A stretch of DNA of 64,000 nt from Acidimicrobiales bacterium (GTDB taxonomy: Bacteria; Actinomycetota; Acidimicrobiia; Acidimicrobiales; JADJXE01). This document shows, in pieces, positions 35,320 through 45,651 of this stretch. The translations under genes and the position numbers were made by a program. The stretch covers positions 655,011 through 719,010 of the forward strand of contig JADJXE010000001.1 in the NCBI GenBank assembly GCA_016716005.1. Reading direction: 5' to 3'. The notes below the pieces were generated by a model that searched no databases, had not been told where the DNA came from, and was given only the letters and a program-made list of their open reading frames with translations. The first letter of the stretch is position 1. Every line of letters begins with the position of its first letter.

Positions 35320-36696
35320 GTGACCCCGACGCCCCTCCTCGACCGATCCCTCCTCGACGTGGCGGCCGCGGTGCGCGCCGGCGACGTCTCGCCGGTCGAC
35401 CTGCTCGAGGCCGCGCTGGCCCGGGCAGCACGGGTCGACGCCCTGAACTCCCTGGCCCACGTGGACGCCGAGGGCGCCCTGCTCGCCGCCGAGGAGCGGG
35501 CCGACGAGGCCCACCAGGGACGGATCCGTGGCCCGCTCCACGGCGTCCCGGTGACGGTGAAGGACCTGTTCGTCGTCGAGGGGCTGCCCACCGGCTGCGG
35601 CACCCGGGCCCCGCTCCCCCGCCTCGGCCGGCACGAGGCCACGGCGGTCGGTCGTCTCCGCGACGCCGGGGCCGTCATCCTCGGCAAGACGAACCTCCAC
35701 GAGGTGGCCCTCGGCATCACCGGCGAGAACCCCTGGACCGGCGACGTCCACAACCCGCACGACCGGCGCCGGCAGGCGGGCGGATCGAGCAGCGGCTCGG
35801 CCGTGGCCGTCGCCACCGGGGTGGGCTGGGCCTCGCTGGCCAGCGACACCGCAGGCTCGATCCGCATCCCTGCGGCCCTGTGCGGGGTCGTCGGCTTCAA
35901 GCCCACCCTCGGGGCGGTGCCCCTCGACGGGGCGCTCCCCCTCTGCGCCACCTGCGACCACGCCGGCCCGATCACCCGCAGCGTGCCCGACGCGGCGACG
36001 GTGTTCGGGGTGCTCGCCGGCCGGGCGGTGACCCCGCCCGTGGCGGCCGATCTCCGACCGCCGGTGGTGGGCGCTCCCCTCGGGCCGCTCCAGGGCACCC
36101 TGTCGTCGGGGGTGCGGGCCAGCTACGAGCGCCTGCTCGAGGCCCTCGCCGGCGCTGGCGCCGACGTCCACCCGGTCGACGGGCCGTCCCTGGGCGGGGC
36201 GGTCGCCACGTACCTGCCCCTCCTGCGGTCCGAGGCCGCCCACGTGCACCGTCGGGCGGTCGAGACCGAGCCCGACTCGTTCAGCGACCCGGTGCGGGCA
36301 GTGCTCCGCGAGGGCCTCGACGTCCGGGCGGTCGACTACCTCGAGGCCCTGCGGCAGCGCCGGCGGCTGCTCGACGAGCTGGTCGCGGCCATGGAGGGCG
36401 TCGACGTGCTGGTGCTGCCGGCCACGCCGGTGCCGGCCCCGCTGCGGGGGGCGGTCGAGGTGGAGCTGGAGACCGGCACCACGTCCCATCGGACCGCCTT
36501 CCTGCGCCTGACCGTCCTGTTCAGCCTGGTGGGCGTGCCCACCGCCGTCGTGCCGGTCGACCGGGTCGACGGGCTGCCGGTGGGGGTGCAGGTGGTCGGC
36601 CGCCGGGGCCACGACGTCGCGGTGCTCGGCCACGCGGCCTGGATCGAGGCCGTGGCCGGGCAGCCGGCCGCGCCGGCCGAGGTGGAACCAGGCTGA
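35320..36696 (+). CDS. amidase-signature family amidase
   Basis: Within ORF 33748..36696, with GTG at 35320. GVPVTVKDLF, GGSSSGSAVAVA, ASDTAGSIRIPA. Confidence 0.9.
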   Translation: MTPTPLLDRSLLDVAAAVRAGDVSPVDLLEAALARAARVDALNSLAHVDAEGALLAAEERADEAHQGRIRGPLHGVPVTVKDLFVVEGLPTGCGTRAPLPRLGRHEATAVGRLRDAGAVILGKTNLHEVALGITGENPWTGDVHNPHDRRRQAGGSSSGSAVAVATGVGWASLASDTAGSIRIPAALCGVVGFKPTLGAVPLDGALPLCATCDHAGPITRSVPDAATVFGVLAGRAVTPPVAADLRPPVVGAPLGPLQGTLSSGVRASYERLLEALAGAGADVHPVDGPSLGGAVATYLPLLRSEAAHVHRRAVETEPDSFSDPVRAVLREGLDVRAVDYLEALRQRRRLLDELVAAMEGVDVLVLPATPVPAPLRGAVEVELETGTTSHRTAFLRLTVLFSLVGVPTAVVPVDRVDGLPVGVQVVGRRGHDVAVLGHAAWIEAVAGQPAAPAEVEPG

Positions 36697-36814
36697 CCGC
36701 CGTCGGCCCCTCGGGCCGGATCGAGCCCGCGCTCAACGGGCCGTGCGGAAGAAGCGGTGGGCGGGCCGGTCGCGGGCGTCGAGCACCTCGGCCACGTCAG
36801 CACGCCCGAGCGGC

Positions 36815-36865
36815 GACGGGCGACGGGCGCCCCACGCGACGGGCGCCCCACGCGACGGCCGTCGG
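36815..36865. repeat. 16-bp intergenic tandem repeat (2 perfect units plus partial flanks)
   Basis: GACGGGCGCCCCACGC at 36822-36837 and 36838-36853. Partial units GACGGGC lie before and GACGGCCGTCGG after. Confidence 0.85.
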
Positions 36866-36870
36866 CCCGA

Positions 36871-37587
36871 TCATCCCCCGGGCGCCGCGATGTCGTCGGG
36901 CGCCGCCGAGCCCCCCGGCAGCGCCGTGTCGACCACACGCCAGCAGTACCAGGCCACCACCGACCGGTACGGCCGGTAGCGCTCGCCCAGCTCGTCCAGC
37001 GCGCGGGGTGCGGGCAGGTCGGGCAGCCCCCAGGCGACGCGGTAGCCGGTGCGCACGCCGAAGTCGTCGACCGGCCAGACGTCGAGCCGGCCCAGCTGGA
37101 ACATGAGGAACATCTCGGCCGTCCAGCGCCCGATCCCCCACACCTGCACGAGCCGCCGCACCACCTCGTCGTCGGGGCAGCGGCCGATGCCGTCGAGCAG
37201 CACCGTGCCGTCGTCGACCTTCGCGGCCAGGTCGTGGACGGCCGTCGCCTTGGCCCTCGACAGCCCGGCGGCGCGCAGCGCCTCGACCGGCACCCGCCGC
37301 ACCGACGCGGGCGTGACCGCACCGCCCACCAGCCCCACGAACCGGGCGTGGATCGCCGCGGCCGCGCGACCGTGCAGCTGCTGGTAGAGGATCGACTCGG
37401 CCAGCGAGGCGAAGTCGGTCGCGGCCGGCCGGCGGGAGGGGAGCCGACACGGGCCGGCCCGCTCCACCAGACCGGCCAGCACGGGATCGGCGGCGGCCAG
37501 CGCGGCCTCGGCGGTGGCGACGGCGGAACGGGGCGCACGGCTGGGAGCCACGGCATCGAACGGTACCCACCCGGGGTGCCGGGCCAC
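36871..37587 (-). CDS. DNA-3-methyladenine glycosylase II (AlkA-like, HhH-GPD)
   Basis: Within ORF 36871..38289. Start at GTG 37587, or alternatively 37551. ILYQQLHGRAAAAI...VWGIGRWTAEMFLMF...WPVDDFGVR. Confidence 0.8.
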   Translation of the reverse strand: MARHPGWVPFDAVAPSRAPRSAVATAEAALAAADPVLAGLVERAGPCRLPSRRPAATDFASLAESILYQQLHGRAAAAIHARFVGLVGGAVTPASVRRVPVEALRAAGLSRAKATAVHDLAAKVDDGTVLLDGIGRCPDDEVVRRLVQVWGIGRWTAEMFLMFQLGRLDVWPVDDFGVRTGYRVAWGLPDLPAPRALDELGERYRPYRSVVAWYCWRVVDTALPGGSAAPDDIAAPGG

Positions 37588-37674
37588 CGGCCGGATCCCC
37601 CCCTGTGCCAGGATTGGCCTGGTGGAGAGGCACCCCCCGAAGACCCGGGTGGCACCGGGCCGGGAGGCGAGCCG

Positions 37675-39069
37675 GTGAGCACGCTCGACCTGGCTCGCCT
37701 CCAGTTCGCCAGCACCTCGATCTTCCACTTCCTGTTCGTCCCCGTCACGATCGGGCTGTCGTTCCTGGTCGCCCTGCTGCAGACCGCCTGGCACCGGGGA
37801 GGCGACGAGGCCCACCTGCGGCTCACGCGCTTCTTCGGCACGCTGCTGGTCATCAACATCGCGGTGGGTGTCGTCACCGGGCTCGTGCAGGAGTTCCAGT
37901 TCGGCATGGACTGGGCCAGCTACTCGCGCTTCGTGGGCGACGTCTTCGGCGCGCCGCTCGCCATGGAGGGCCTGGCCGCCTTCTTCCTGGAGTCGACGTT
38001 CCTCGGCCTGTGGCTCTTCGGCTGGAACCGCCTGTCGAAGCGCGTGCACCTGGCCTGCATCTGGGCCGTCGCCATCGGTGCCGCGCTCAGCGCGTACTTC
38101 ATCATGGCCGCCAACTCCTGGATGCAGCGGCCGGTGGGCTACTCGCTCGACCAGGCCGCCGACAAGGCCCGGCTCACCGACATCTGGGCGGTGCTCACCA
38201 GCAGCTTCCAGCTGTGGGCCTACGCCCACGTCATCCTCGCCTCGCTGGTCACCGGCTCGATGGTGATGCTGGCGGTGTCGGCCTGGCACCTGCGGCGGCG
38301 CTCCGACCCGGAGCTGTACGCCCGCTCGGCCGCCCTCTCCCTCTGGGTGCTGCTGCCCTCGGCCCTGCTGGCGGCCGTGGTGGGAAGCGGGCTGGGGGTG
38401 GTCCTCGGCACGTACCAGCCCATGAAGATCGCAGCCGCCGAGGCCCTGTGGAACACCGAGCAGCCGGCCTCGTTCACCCTCTTCCAGGTCGGCGGCTGGT
38501 CACCGAGCGACCCCGACCCGTCGTTCGACATCGAGATCCCGCACCTGCTGTCGATCCTCGCCACCAACTCCTGGGACGGCGAGGTCGTCGGCCTGAACCA
38601 GCTGCAGGCCCAGTACGAGCAGGAGTACGGGCCCGGCGACTACATCCCCAACGTGTTCGTCTCGTTCTGGGCCATGCGCGCGATGGCCTACCTCGCCACG
38701 GTCGCAGCCGCTCTGGCCGCGTGGGGGCTGTGGCTGCTCCACCGGCGCACCCTCGCCGCCGCACGCTGGTTCCCCCGGATCGCGGTGGCGGCCGTGGCCC
38801 TGCCCTTCCTCATGAACACCGCGGGCTGGGTGCTCACCGAGGTCGGGCGGCAGCCCTGGATCGTGTACGGGCTGCAGCAGACCACCGACGCGGTGTCGCC
38901 CACGCTCACCACGTTCCAGATCGCCCTCAGCCTCGGCGTGTTCTTCGCGCTCTACGCGGTGCTCGCCGTGCTCGAGGCCGTCCTCCTCACCCGGTACGCG
39001 CGCCGCGGGGCGCCCGAGGTGCCCCACGACGAGTCCACCGGCGCGCCCGTGCCGGCCATGAGCTACTGA
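37675..39069 (+). CDS. cydA: cytochrome bd ubiquinol oxidase subunit I
   Basis: Within ORF 36757..39069. GTG at 37675 follows GGGAGG. LARLQFASTSIFHFLFVP...GRQPWIVYG. Confidence 0.95.
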   Translation: MSTLDLARLQFASTSIFHFLFVPVTIGLSFLVALLQTAWHRGGDEAHLRLTRFFGTLLVINIAVGVVTGLVQEFQFGMDWASYSRFVGDVFGAPLAMEGLAAFFLESTFLGLWLFGWNRLSKRVHLACIWAVAIGAALSAYFIMAANSWMQRPVGYSLDQAADKARLTDIWAVLTSSFQLWAYAHVILASLVTGSMVMLAVSAWHLRRRSDPELYARSAALSLWVLLPSALLAAVVGSGLGVVLGTYQPMKIAAAEALWNTEQPASFTLFQVGGWSPSDPDPSFDIEIPHLLSILATNSWDGEVVGLNQLQAQYEQEYGPGDYIPNVFVSFWAMRAMAYLATVAAALAAWGLWLLHRRTLAAARWFPRIAVAAVALPFLMNTAGWVLTEVGRQPWIVYGLQQTTDAVSPTLTTFQIALSLGVFFALYAVLAVLEAVLLTRYARRGAPEVPHDESTGAPVPAMSY

Positions 39070-39073
39070 GGGG

Positions 39074-40186
39074 GTGGGGATGGGCCTCGAGGTCTTCTGG
39101 TTCGTCATCGTCGCCCTGCTCTGGACCGGCTACTTCGTGCTCGAAGGCTTCGACTTCGGCGTGGGGATGCTGGCGCCGATCGTCGGCACCGACGACGTCG
39201 ACCGCCGGGTCGCCATCAACACCATCGGCCCGCTCTGGGACGGCAACGAGGTGTGGGTGATCACCGCGGGCGCAGCCATGTTCGCGGCCTTCCCCGACTG
39301 GTACGCCACCATGTTCTCGGGCTTCTACGTCGCCCTGGTGCTGGTGCTGGTGGTGCTGATCCTGCGGGGCGTGGCCTTCGAGTTCCGCAGCAAGTCGCCG
39401 AACACGCGGTGGCGGGGCACGTGGGACGTCATCCTCGCGGTCTGCAGCGCCCTCGCCCCGTTCCTGTGGGGCGTGGCCCTGGCCAACCTGGTCCGCGGCG
39501 TGCCCATCGACGAGGCCGGCAACTTCACCGGGACGTTCTTCACGCTCCTCAACCCCTACGCCCTGGCCGCGGGCGTCACCCTCACCCTGCTGTGCGCGTT
39601 CCACGGGGCGAGCTACCTGGGCCTGCGCACCGACGGCGAGGTGCGGCGGCGGGCCGAGCGGATCGCCCTGCGCCTGGGGCTGCTCACCGCGGTGGTGACC
39701 CTGCTGTTCGGCGTGTGGACCCACGTCGTGGCCGGCAGGGGCGTGCTGCCGGGCCCGGCGCCGGTGCTCTCGCTCCTCCTGCTGTTCGCCGCGGCCGTGC
39801 TGGTGCGCGACGAGCGCTTCGGCTGGGCCTTCACCGCCACCAGCGTGGCCATCGCCCTCACCGTCGCCACGTTCTTCGTCGACCTGTACCCGAACGTGAT
39901 GGTCTCCAGCACCGACGAGGCGTACAACCTCACGGTGGCCGGCGCCGCGGCCGGCTCCTACTCGCTCACCGTCATGACGATCGTGGCCGTGGTGTTCCTC
40001 CCCGTCGTGCTGCTGTACCAGGGCTGGACGTACTGGGTGTTCCGCGCCCGCGTCACCCGGGCCGACCTCGAGGGGGTGCGCACGCCGCTCGACGCCCTCG
40101 ACCGGCGCGCACCCGCCGGCGGCGCGCCGGACGGCGGCGGGCCCGACGCGCCCACGTCCGGCGTGTCCCCGTCGCCGGCCGACTGA
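39074..40186 (+). CDS. cydB: cytochrome bd ubiquinol oxidase subunit II
   Basis: ORF 39074..40186. LEGFDFGVGML...GPLWDGNEVW. Confidence 0.95.
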   Translation: MGMGLEVFWFVIVALLWTGYFVLEGFDFGVGMLAPIVGTDDVDRRVAINTIGPLWDGNEVWVITAGAAMFAAFPDWYATMFSGFYVALVLVLVVLILRGVAFEFRSKSPNTRWRGTWDVILAVCSALAPFLWGVALANLVRGVPIDEAGNFTGTFFTLLNPYALAAGVTLTLLCAFHGASYLGLRTDGEVRRRAERIALRLGLLTAVVTLLFGVWTHVVAGRGVLPGPAPVLSLLLLFAAAVLVRDERFGWAFTATSVAIALTVATFFVDLYPNVMVSSTDEAYNLTVAGAAAGSYSLTVMTIVAVVFLPVVLLYQGWTYWVFRARVTRADLEGVRTPLDALDRRAPAGGAPDGGGPDAPTSGVSPSPAD

Positions 40187-40197
40187 CACCCTCCGCC

Positions 40198-41874
40198 GTG
40201 CGGCCGTTCGACCCGCGGCTGCTCCACCACGCCCGAGCGGCGCGGCTCGCCCTCGCCCTCGACGTCGGGCTCGGGCTGGCGACCACGGTCCTCCTCCTCG
40301 CTCAGGCGGTGCTGCTGGCCCGGGTGGTCGCCGGGGCCTTCGCCGGCGAGGCCGTCGCCGACGTGGCACCCGAGCTGTGGGCGCTGCTGGCGGTGGTGGG
40401 CGGCCGGAGTCTGTGCACCTGGGGCGTGGCCGTGGCGGGCCGCGCCGCCGCCGGCGCGGTGCTGACGTCCCTGCGTGGCGCGCTGGTGGAGCGGCGCCTG
40501 CGCGAGCGGCCGGCGGCGTTGGACGGCGCGGCCAGCGCCGAGGTGGCCGCCGCCGCCGTCCAGGGCGTCGACGCCCTCGAGGCCTACTTCGCCCGCTACC
40601 TCCCCCAGCTCGCCCTGGCTCTGCTCGTGCCGCCGGTGGTGCTGGTGCTGACCGCCACGATCGACCTGCAGTCGGCGGTGATCATGCTGCTCACCCTGCC
40701 GCTGGTCCCCGTGTTCCTCGTGCTGGTCGGCCGGGCGACCGAGGCGCGGACGAGGGCGAGGTGGGAGGCCCTCGCCCGCCTCTCCACCCACTTCCTGGAC
40801 GTGGTGACCGGCCTGGCGACCCTGCGGGCCTTCAACCGGGGTGAGGCCCAGACGGAGCGGATCGCCGCCGTCACCGACGAGTACCGCCGGACCACCATGG
40901 CCACCCTGCGGTGGTCGTTCCTCTCGGGCGCGGTGCTCGACCTGGCGGCCACCCTGGCCACCGCACTCGTCGCGGTGGCCCTCGGCGTCCGGCTGGTCGG
41001 CGGCCGCGTGGGGTTCGAGGCCGCCCTCACCGTGCTGCTGCTCACCCCCGAGCTGTACGCGCCGATCCGAGCCGTCGGCGCCCGGTTCCACGACGCCGCC
41101 GACGGACTGGCCGCGGCCGGACGCATCCTCGACCTGATCGGCGACGGCACCGCCCCGCGCCGCACGCCGCCCACCCGGCCGGCGCCCGCTCCGCACGGGT
41201 GCGCGGTGCGCCTCGAGGGGGTGGCCTTCACCTACCCGTCACGCCCCGCGCCGGTGCTCGAGTCCGTCGACCTCGAGCTGCGGCCGGGCGAGACGGTGGC
41301 CATCGTGGGCGCGAGCGGCGCCGGCAAGAGCACCCTGGCGTCGCTGCTGCTGCTGCTGGCCGCCCCGTCGGCCGGCCGGGTGACCGCCGGAGGGGTCGAC
41401 CTGTCCGAGTGCGACCCGGCCGGTTGGCGGCGCCACCTGGCCTGGGTGCCCCAGCACCCCACCCTGTTCGCCGGGACGGTGGCCGACAACATCCGGCTGG
41501 GCGATCCCGGCGCGTCGCCGGAGCGAGTGGCGGCGGCCGCCCGGGCCTCCGGGGCCGCCGGGTTCATCGACGAGCTGCCCGACGGCTACCAGACCCGAGT
41601 CGGCGAGGGCGGCCGCCCGCTGTCCACGGGCGAGCGCCGGCGCATCGCCCTCGCCCGAGCCTTCCTGCGCGACGCGTCCCTCGTGATCCTCGACGAGCCG
41701 ACCGCCGACCTCGACCCCGCCGGCGCGGCTGTCGTGGCCGCGGCGGTGGGCCGCCTGGGCGCCTCGCGCACCGTCGTGGTGCTGGCGCACCGCGACGAGC
41801 TGGCCCGCACGGCCGACCGGGTGCTGCGCCTGGAGGGCGGGCGGCTCCACCTGGCCCACGGGGTGGCGCCGTGA
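40198..41874 (+). CDS. cydD: thiol-reductant ABC exporter subunit CydD
   Basis: Within ORF 39253..41874, with GTG at 40198. TMD plus NBD (GASGAGKSTL, LSTGERRRIALARA). Position directly after cydAB. Confidence 0.85.
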   Translation: MRPFDPRLLHHARAARLALALDVGLGLATTVLLLAQAVLLARVVAGAFAGEAVADVAPELWALLAVVGGRSLCTWGVAVAGRAAAGAVLTSLRGALVERRLRERPAALDGAASAEVAAAAVQGVDALEAYFARYLPQLALALLVPPVVLVLTATIDLQSAVIMLLTLPLVPVFLVLVGRATEARTRARWEALARLSTHFLDVVTGLATLRAFNRGEAQTERIAAVTDEYRRTTMATLRWSFLSGAVLDLAATLATALVAVALGVRLVGGRVGFEAALTVLLLTPELYAPIRAVGARFHDAADGLAAAGRILDLIGDGTAPRRTPPTRPAPAPHGCAVRLEGVAFTYPSRPAPVLESVDLELRPGETVAIVGASGAGKSTLASLLLLLAAPSAGRVTAGGVDLSECDPAGWRRHLAWVPQHPTLFAGTVADNIRLGDPGASPERVAAAARASGAAGFIDELPDGYQTRVGEGGRPLSTGERRRIALARAFLRDASLVILDEPTADLDPAGAAVVAAAVGRLGASRTVVVLAHRDELARTADRVLRLEGGRLHLAHGVAP

Positions 41875-43673
41875 GCGCCCGGCGCGGCGACGGCGCCCCG
41901 CCGACCGGGGCCCGCCAGGCCCGGTCGGCGCCGGCCGTGCTGCGGCGGCTCGTGCGCCTGGCCGGCGTGCCCCGCGCCCGCCTGGCCCTGGCCGTCGCCC
42001 TCGGGGTGGCCAGCGTGGCCTGCTCGGCCGGCCTGCTGGCCACGTCGGGCTACCTGATCTCGCGGGCGGCCGAGCAGCCGCCGATCCTGTCGCTCTTCGT
42101 GACCATCGTGCTGGTGCGGGCGTTCGGCCTGGCCCGCCCGCTCGCCCGGTACCTCGAGCGCCTGGCGACGCACGACCTGGCGTTCCGCGTGCTCGGCCGG
42201 ATCCGCGTGCGGGTGTGGGAGCGGATCGAGCCGCTGGCGCCGGTGGGGCTCCCGCCTCTGCGCCGGGGCGAGCTGCTCGCCCGCTTCGTCGGCGACGTCG
42301 ACGACCTGCAGCAGCTCTACCTCCGCGGTCTGGCACCCCCGCTGGTGGCCCTGGTGGTCACGCTCGGCGCCTCGGCGGTGGCGGCCGCGTTCCTGCCGGC
42401 GGCCGGGGCGGTGCTGCTGGCCGGGATGGCGCTCACCGCTGCGGCCGTGGCCGCCGTGGCCGCACCCCTGGGCCGGCGACCCGGCCGGGCCCAGGCGCCG
42501 CTTCGCGCCGCGCTCACCGCCGAGCTGGTCGAGTCCCTCCAGGGGGCTCCGGAGCTGGCCGTGTACGGCCGGGAGGACGAGGCCATCCGCCGGGTGCGGG
42601 ACAGCGACGCCGAGCTGGGCGCCCTCGCCCGCCGGGGGGCGTGGGCCAGCGGGCTGGCCGACGGCGTGCTCCTGCTGGGCGCCGGCGCCACGACGGTCGC
42701 CGTCCTGGCCGTGGCCGTGGCCGGAGCCGCCGCCGGCGACCTCGACCGCACCCGCGTCGCCCTGCTCGCCCTCCTGGCGCTCGGTGCCTTCGAGGCCCTG
42801 GTGCCCCTGCCGGCGGCCGCCCTGGCCATGGCCGGCTGCGTCACGTCCGGCCGACGCCTCCTGCCCCTCCTCGACGCCGAACCGGCCGTCACCGACCCGC
42901 CCGACCCCCGGCCGGCACCGCCGCCGCGGCCGGCCGCGGCCCTCGACGCGGTGGCGGCCCGCTACCCCACCCCGCCCGACGAGGACGCCACCGTGGCGCC
43001 GCCCCTGGTGCTCGACCACGCCGACCTGGCCGTCGCCCCGGGCGACCAGGTGGCCCTGACCGGTCGGAGCGGTGCCGGGAAGACCACGGTGGTCACCCTG
43101 CTGCTGCGCTTCCTCGACCCGGTGGACGGCGCCGTGCGCCTCGCCGACCGGGACCTGCGAGAGCTCCGCCAGCACGACGTGCGCCGAGCGGTCGCCGTGG
43201 CCGGCCAGGACGCCCACGTGTTCACCAGCACCATCCGGGCGAACCTGGCCCTGGCCCGGCCCGACGCCACCGACGCCCAGCTCACCGACGCCCTGCGGCG
43301 CGCCCGGCTGGGCGACTGGGTGGCGGCGCTCCCGGACGGGCTCGACACCTTCGTGGGCGAGGGCGGCGACGCCCTGTCGGGCGGTCAACGCCAGCGGCTC
43401 ACGATCGCCCGGGCCCTGCTCACCGACGCCGGCGTGCTCGTCCTGGACGAACCAACCGCCCACCTCGACCCGGCCACGGCCGAGGCCCTGGTGGCCGGGG
43501 CGCTGGACGCCGCGCGCGCCGACGGCCGATCGGTGCTGCTCGTGACCCACCGCTCCGAGGGCCTCGCCCTCGTCGACCGCATCCTCGAGCTCCGGGGCGG
43601 CCGGATCGGCCCCGCCCCCCGAGCTCACGGCCGGGAGGGCGCCGACCGGCCCGCCTCGACGTCGGGGGTATGA
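41871..43673 (+). CDS. cydC: thiol-reductant ABC exporter subunit CydC
   Basis: Within ORF 40911..43673. GTG at 41871 forms a GTGA overlap with the cydD stop. GRSGAGKTTV, LSGGQRQRLTIARA. Confidence 0.85.
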   Translation: MSARRGDGAPPTGARQARSAPAVLRRLVRLAGVPRARLALAVALGVASVACSAGLLATSGYLISRAAEQPPILSLFVTIVLVRAFGLARPLARYLERLATHDLAFRVLGRIRVRVWERIEPLAPVGLPPLRRGELLARFVGDVDDLQQLYLRGLAPPLVALVVTLGASAVAAAFLPAAGAVLLAGMALTAAAVAAVAAPLGRRPGRAQAPLRAALTAELVESLQGAPELAVYGREDEAIRRVRDSDAELGALARRGAWASGLADGVLLLGAGATTVAVLAVAVAGAAAGDLDRTRVALLALLALGAFEALVPLPAAALAMAGCVTSGRRLLPLLDAEPAVTDPPDPRPAPPPRPAAALDAVAARYPTPPDEDATVAPPLVLDHADLAVAPGDQVALTGRSGAGKTTVVTLLLRFLDPVDGAVRLADRDLRELRQHDVRRAVAVAGQDAHVFTSTIRANLALARPDATDAQLTDALRRARLGDWVAALPDGLDTFVGEGGDALSGGQRQRLTIARALLTDAGVLVLDEPTAHLDPATAEALVAGALDAARADGRSVLLVTHRSEGLALVDRILELRGGRIGPAPRAHGREGADRPASTSGV

Positions 43674-43773
43674 GGGCGTCGAGGGCACCCGGCGCCGTGG
43701 ACGGCGTGGCCGACCCCGTCGGCGGCGGCTCGCCGGAGGTGCCCGGCACCGTGCCGTGCGTCGGCGTCGCGGG

Positions 43774-44637
43774 TCAGAGCCCGAACACGCGGATCGCGTT
43801 GTCCCGCAGGAAGCCGGGCCACACCTCGTCGCGGAACCCCACGTCGGGGAGCTCGCGGAAGATGCGCTCGAGCGACAGGCCCATGGGGAAGTAACCGGCG
43901 TACAGGACCTTGTGGGCGCCCCGGGTGTTCGCGTACCGCACGATCTCGGCCGGGTAGTGCCTGGGGGCGAACGCCGACGTGGCGTAGTAGAGGTTGGGCC
44001 ACTTGAGCAGCAGCTTCACGGCCAGGTCGACCCAGGGCTCGCACCCGTGCTTGAGCACCACCGTGAGCTCGGGGAAGTGGTAGCAGACCTCGTCGACGAG
44101 CCCCGGGTGCTGGCACTCGAAGGGCACGCGCGGCCCGGGGACGCCGGCGGTCACGGTGACGGGCAGCCCCAGCTCGGCGCACACCGTGTACACGGGGTAC
44201 ATCCGCTTGTCGTTGATCGGCACCTGGGGCACGCAGCCGGCGGGGAACAGCTCCGCCGCCTTCACGCCGGCCTCGTCGACCGCCCGCCGGATGCGCCGCA
44301 CGGCCTCCATCCCCTGGTTGGGGTCGACGAACACCGAGCCGAAGAACCGGTCGGGGTGCTCGGCCAGGGCCCGGTCGGCCGCCCCGCCGTCGCCCGTCCA
44401 GCCGATCATGGCCCGCTCGACGCCGTGGCGGTCGAGCTCGGCCAGCACGTAGGCGGTCCAGTCGGCACCCATCGGGTCGTCGGGCACGTCGCGGAAGAGG
44501 TACTGGGCGGGGAAGTGGGACGTGCGGCTCTCGGCGTCCTTCAGCGCCGGCTGCAGGAACGCGTACCACTCCTCGCGGGAGCCGTCCGGGATCCCGACCA
44601 TCAGGTCGATCACACCGAGGTCGGTCGGCATCCCCAT
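43774..44637 (-). CDS. amidohydrolase-2 (ACMSD/LigW-like TIM-barrel metal hydrolase/decarboxylase) family protein
   Basis: Within ORF 43774..45471. ATG at 44637 forms an ATGA overlap with the Rieske gene stop. VIDLMVGIP..., LKHGCEPW..., KVLYAGYFP. Confidence 0.75.
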   Translation of the reverse strand: MGMPTDLGVIDLMVGIPDGSREEWYAFLQPALKDAESRTSHFPAQYLFRDVPDDPMGADWTAYVLAELDRHGVERAMIGWTGDGGAADRALAEHPDRFFGSVFVDPNQGMEAVRRIRRAVDEAGVKAAELFPAGCVPQVPINDKRMYPVYTVCAELGLPVTVTAGVPGPRVPFECQHPGLVDEVCYHFPELTVVLKHGCEPWVDLAVKLLLKWPNLYYATSAFAPRHYPAEIVRYANTRGAHKVLYAGYFPMGLSLERIFRELPDVGFRDEVWPGFLRDNAIRVFGL

Positions 44638-45593
44638 CAGCCGGCCCCCTCGGGTGCCGGTGCGCCGGCCTCGTAGAACTGCGAGAACCAGTGGCGGAAC
44701 CGCATGACCGGGCCGTCGGTGTCGGCCAGGGCCGGCACCGGCAGGTACGCCTTGTGCTCCCAGATGGGGATGTCCTGGGCGAGCTGCCTGTCGATCTCGG
44801 CGACGAACGCCTCGGAGAGCGTCGAGGCGGGCCGGCGGACCGTGAAGTGGAACCGCACCGTCGTGGTCTCGTCGTCGACGGGCGTCGAGGTGGCCACCAG
44901 CAGGGCGTCGATGATGCCGCTGAACCGGGTGAGCGAGAAGCCGGGCCCGAAGCTGTAGGCGTCGATGCGGCCCTCGATGACCCCGCGGGGGGTCACGTAG
45001 GTCTGCCTCGAGAGCATCGTCGACGTGTGGCCCTCGGTGCGGTACTCCTCCACCTCGGCGACCTGGTCCGTGCCGTGCACGTACCGGAAGTGGGCGGGAT
45101 CGACGGCGTTCTCCGCCATCTCCTGGATGACGGTGCCGATGGTGTGGGCCGACACCTGGTAGTCGGTGTAGTCGGGATCGGCGTGCTCGGCCACGGTGGG
45201 CACCGCCCAGCGGGGCTCCGCCCCACCGGGGTGGTACCAGGCCATCACGAAGCCGTTGCGCTCCACCGTGGGATGGGTCCCCAGCCGGGCCCGACGGTTC
45301 AGGCGCTCGCTGTACGGGATCTCCACGCAGGCGCCGTCGCCCCCGAACCGCCAGCCGTGGAACGGGCAGCGGATGCAACCCCGGTCCACCTTGCCGCCCA
45401 CGCCCAGGTGCGCGCCGAGGTGCGGGCAGATCGCGTCCTGGGTGTGGACGACGCCGTCGCCGTCGCGCCACACCACCAGGTCGCGCCCGAACCAGTGGAC
45501 ACTGCGCACGTCGCCCGGCCCGACCTCGTCCGGATAGGCGACGTGGTACCAGCCGTACGGGATCGGGAACGGGAAGCGGCGCCCCATCGACAT
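44637..45593 (-). CDS. Rieske [2Fe-2S] oxygenase, KshA-like
   Basis: ORF 44637..45593. Rieske motif CPHLGAHL...CPFHGWRF. Confidence 0.85.
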   Translation of the reverse strand: MSMGRRFPFPIPYGWYHVAYPDEVGPGDVRSVHWFGRDLVVWRDGDGVVHTQDAICPHLGAHLGVGGKVDRGCIRCPFHGWRFGGDGACVEIPYSERLNRRARLGTHPTVERNGFVMAWYHPGGAEPRWAVPTVAEHADPDYTDYQVSAHTIGTVIQEMAENAVDPAHFRYVHGTDQVAEVEEYRTEGHTSTMLSRQTYVTPRGVIEGRIDAYSFGPGFSLTRFSGIIDALLVATSTPVDDETTTVRFHFTVRRPASTLSEAFVAEIDRQLAQDIPIWEHKAYLPVPALADTDGPVMRFRHWFSQFYEAGAPAPEGAG

Positions 45594-45651
45594 CCCCCTG
45601 ACCTGCGTCGGGCTGCGAGCGGGGCGAGTCTCCGGCCCCCTCCCCGCCCTG

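Noticed and set aside
35128-36633. N-terminal ~500 aa of ORF 33829..36633
   Set aside because: Antisense to the amidase gene and low complexity. The sulfatase-like homology begins at GTG 35127.
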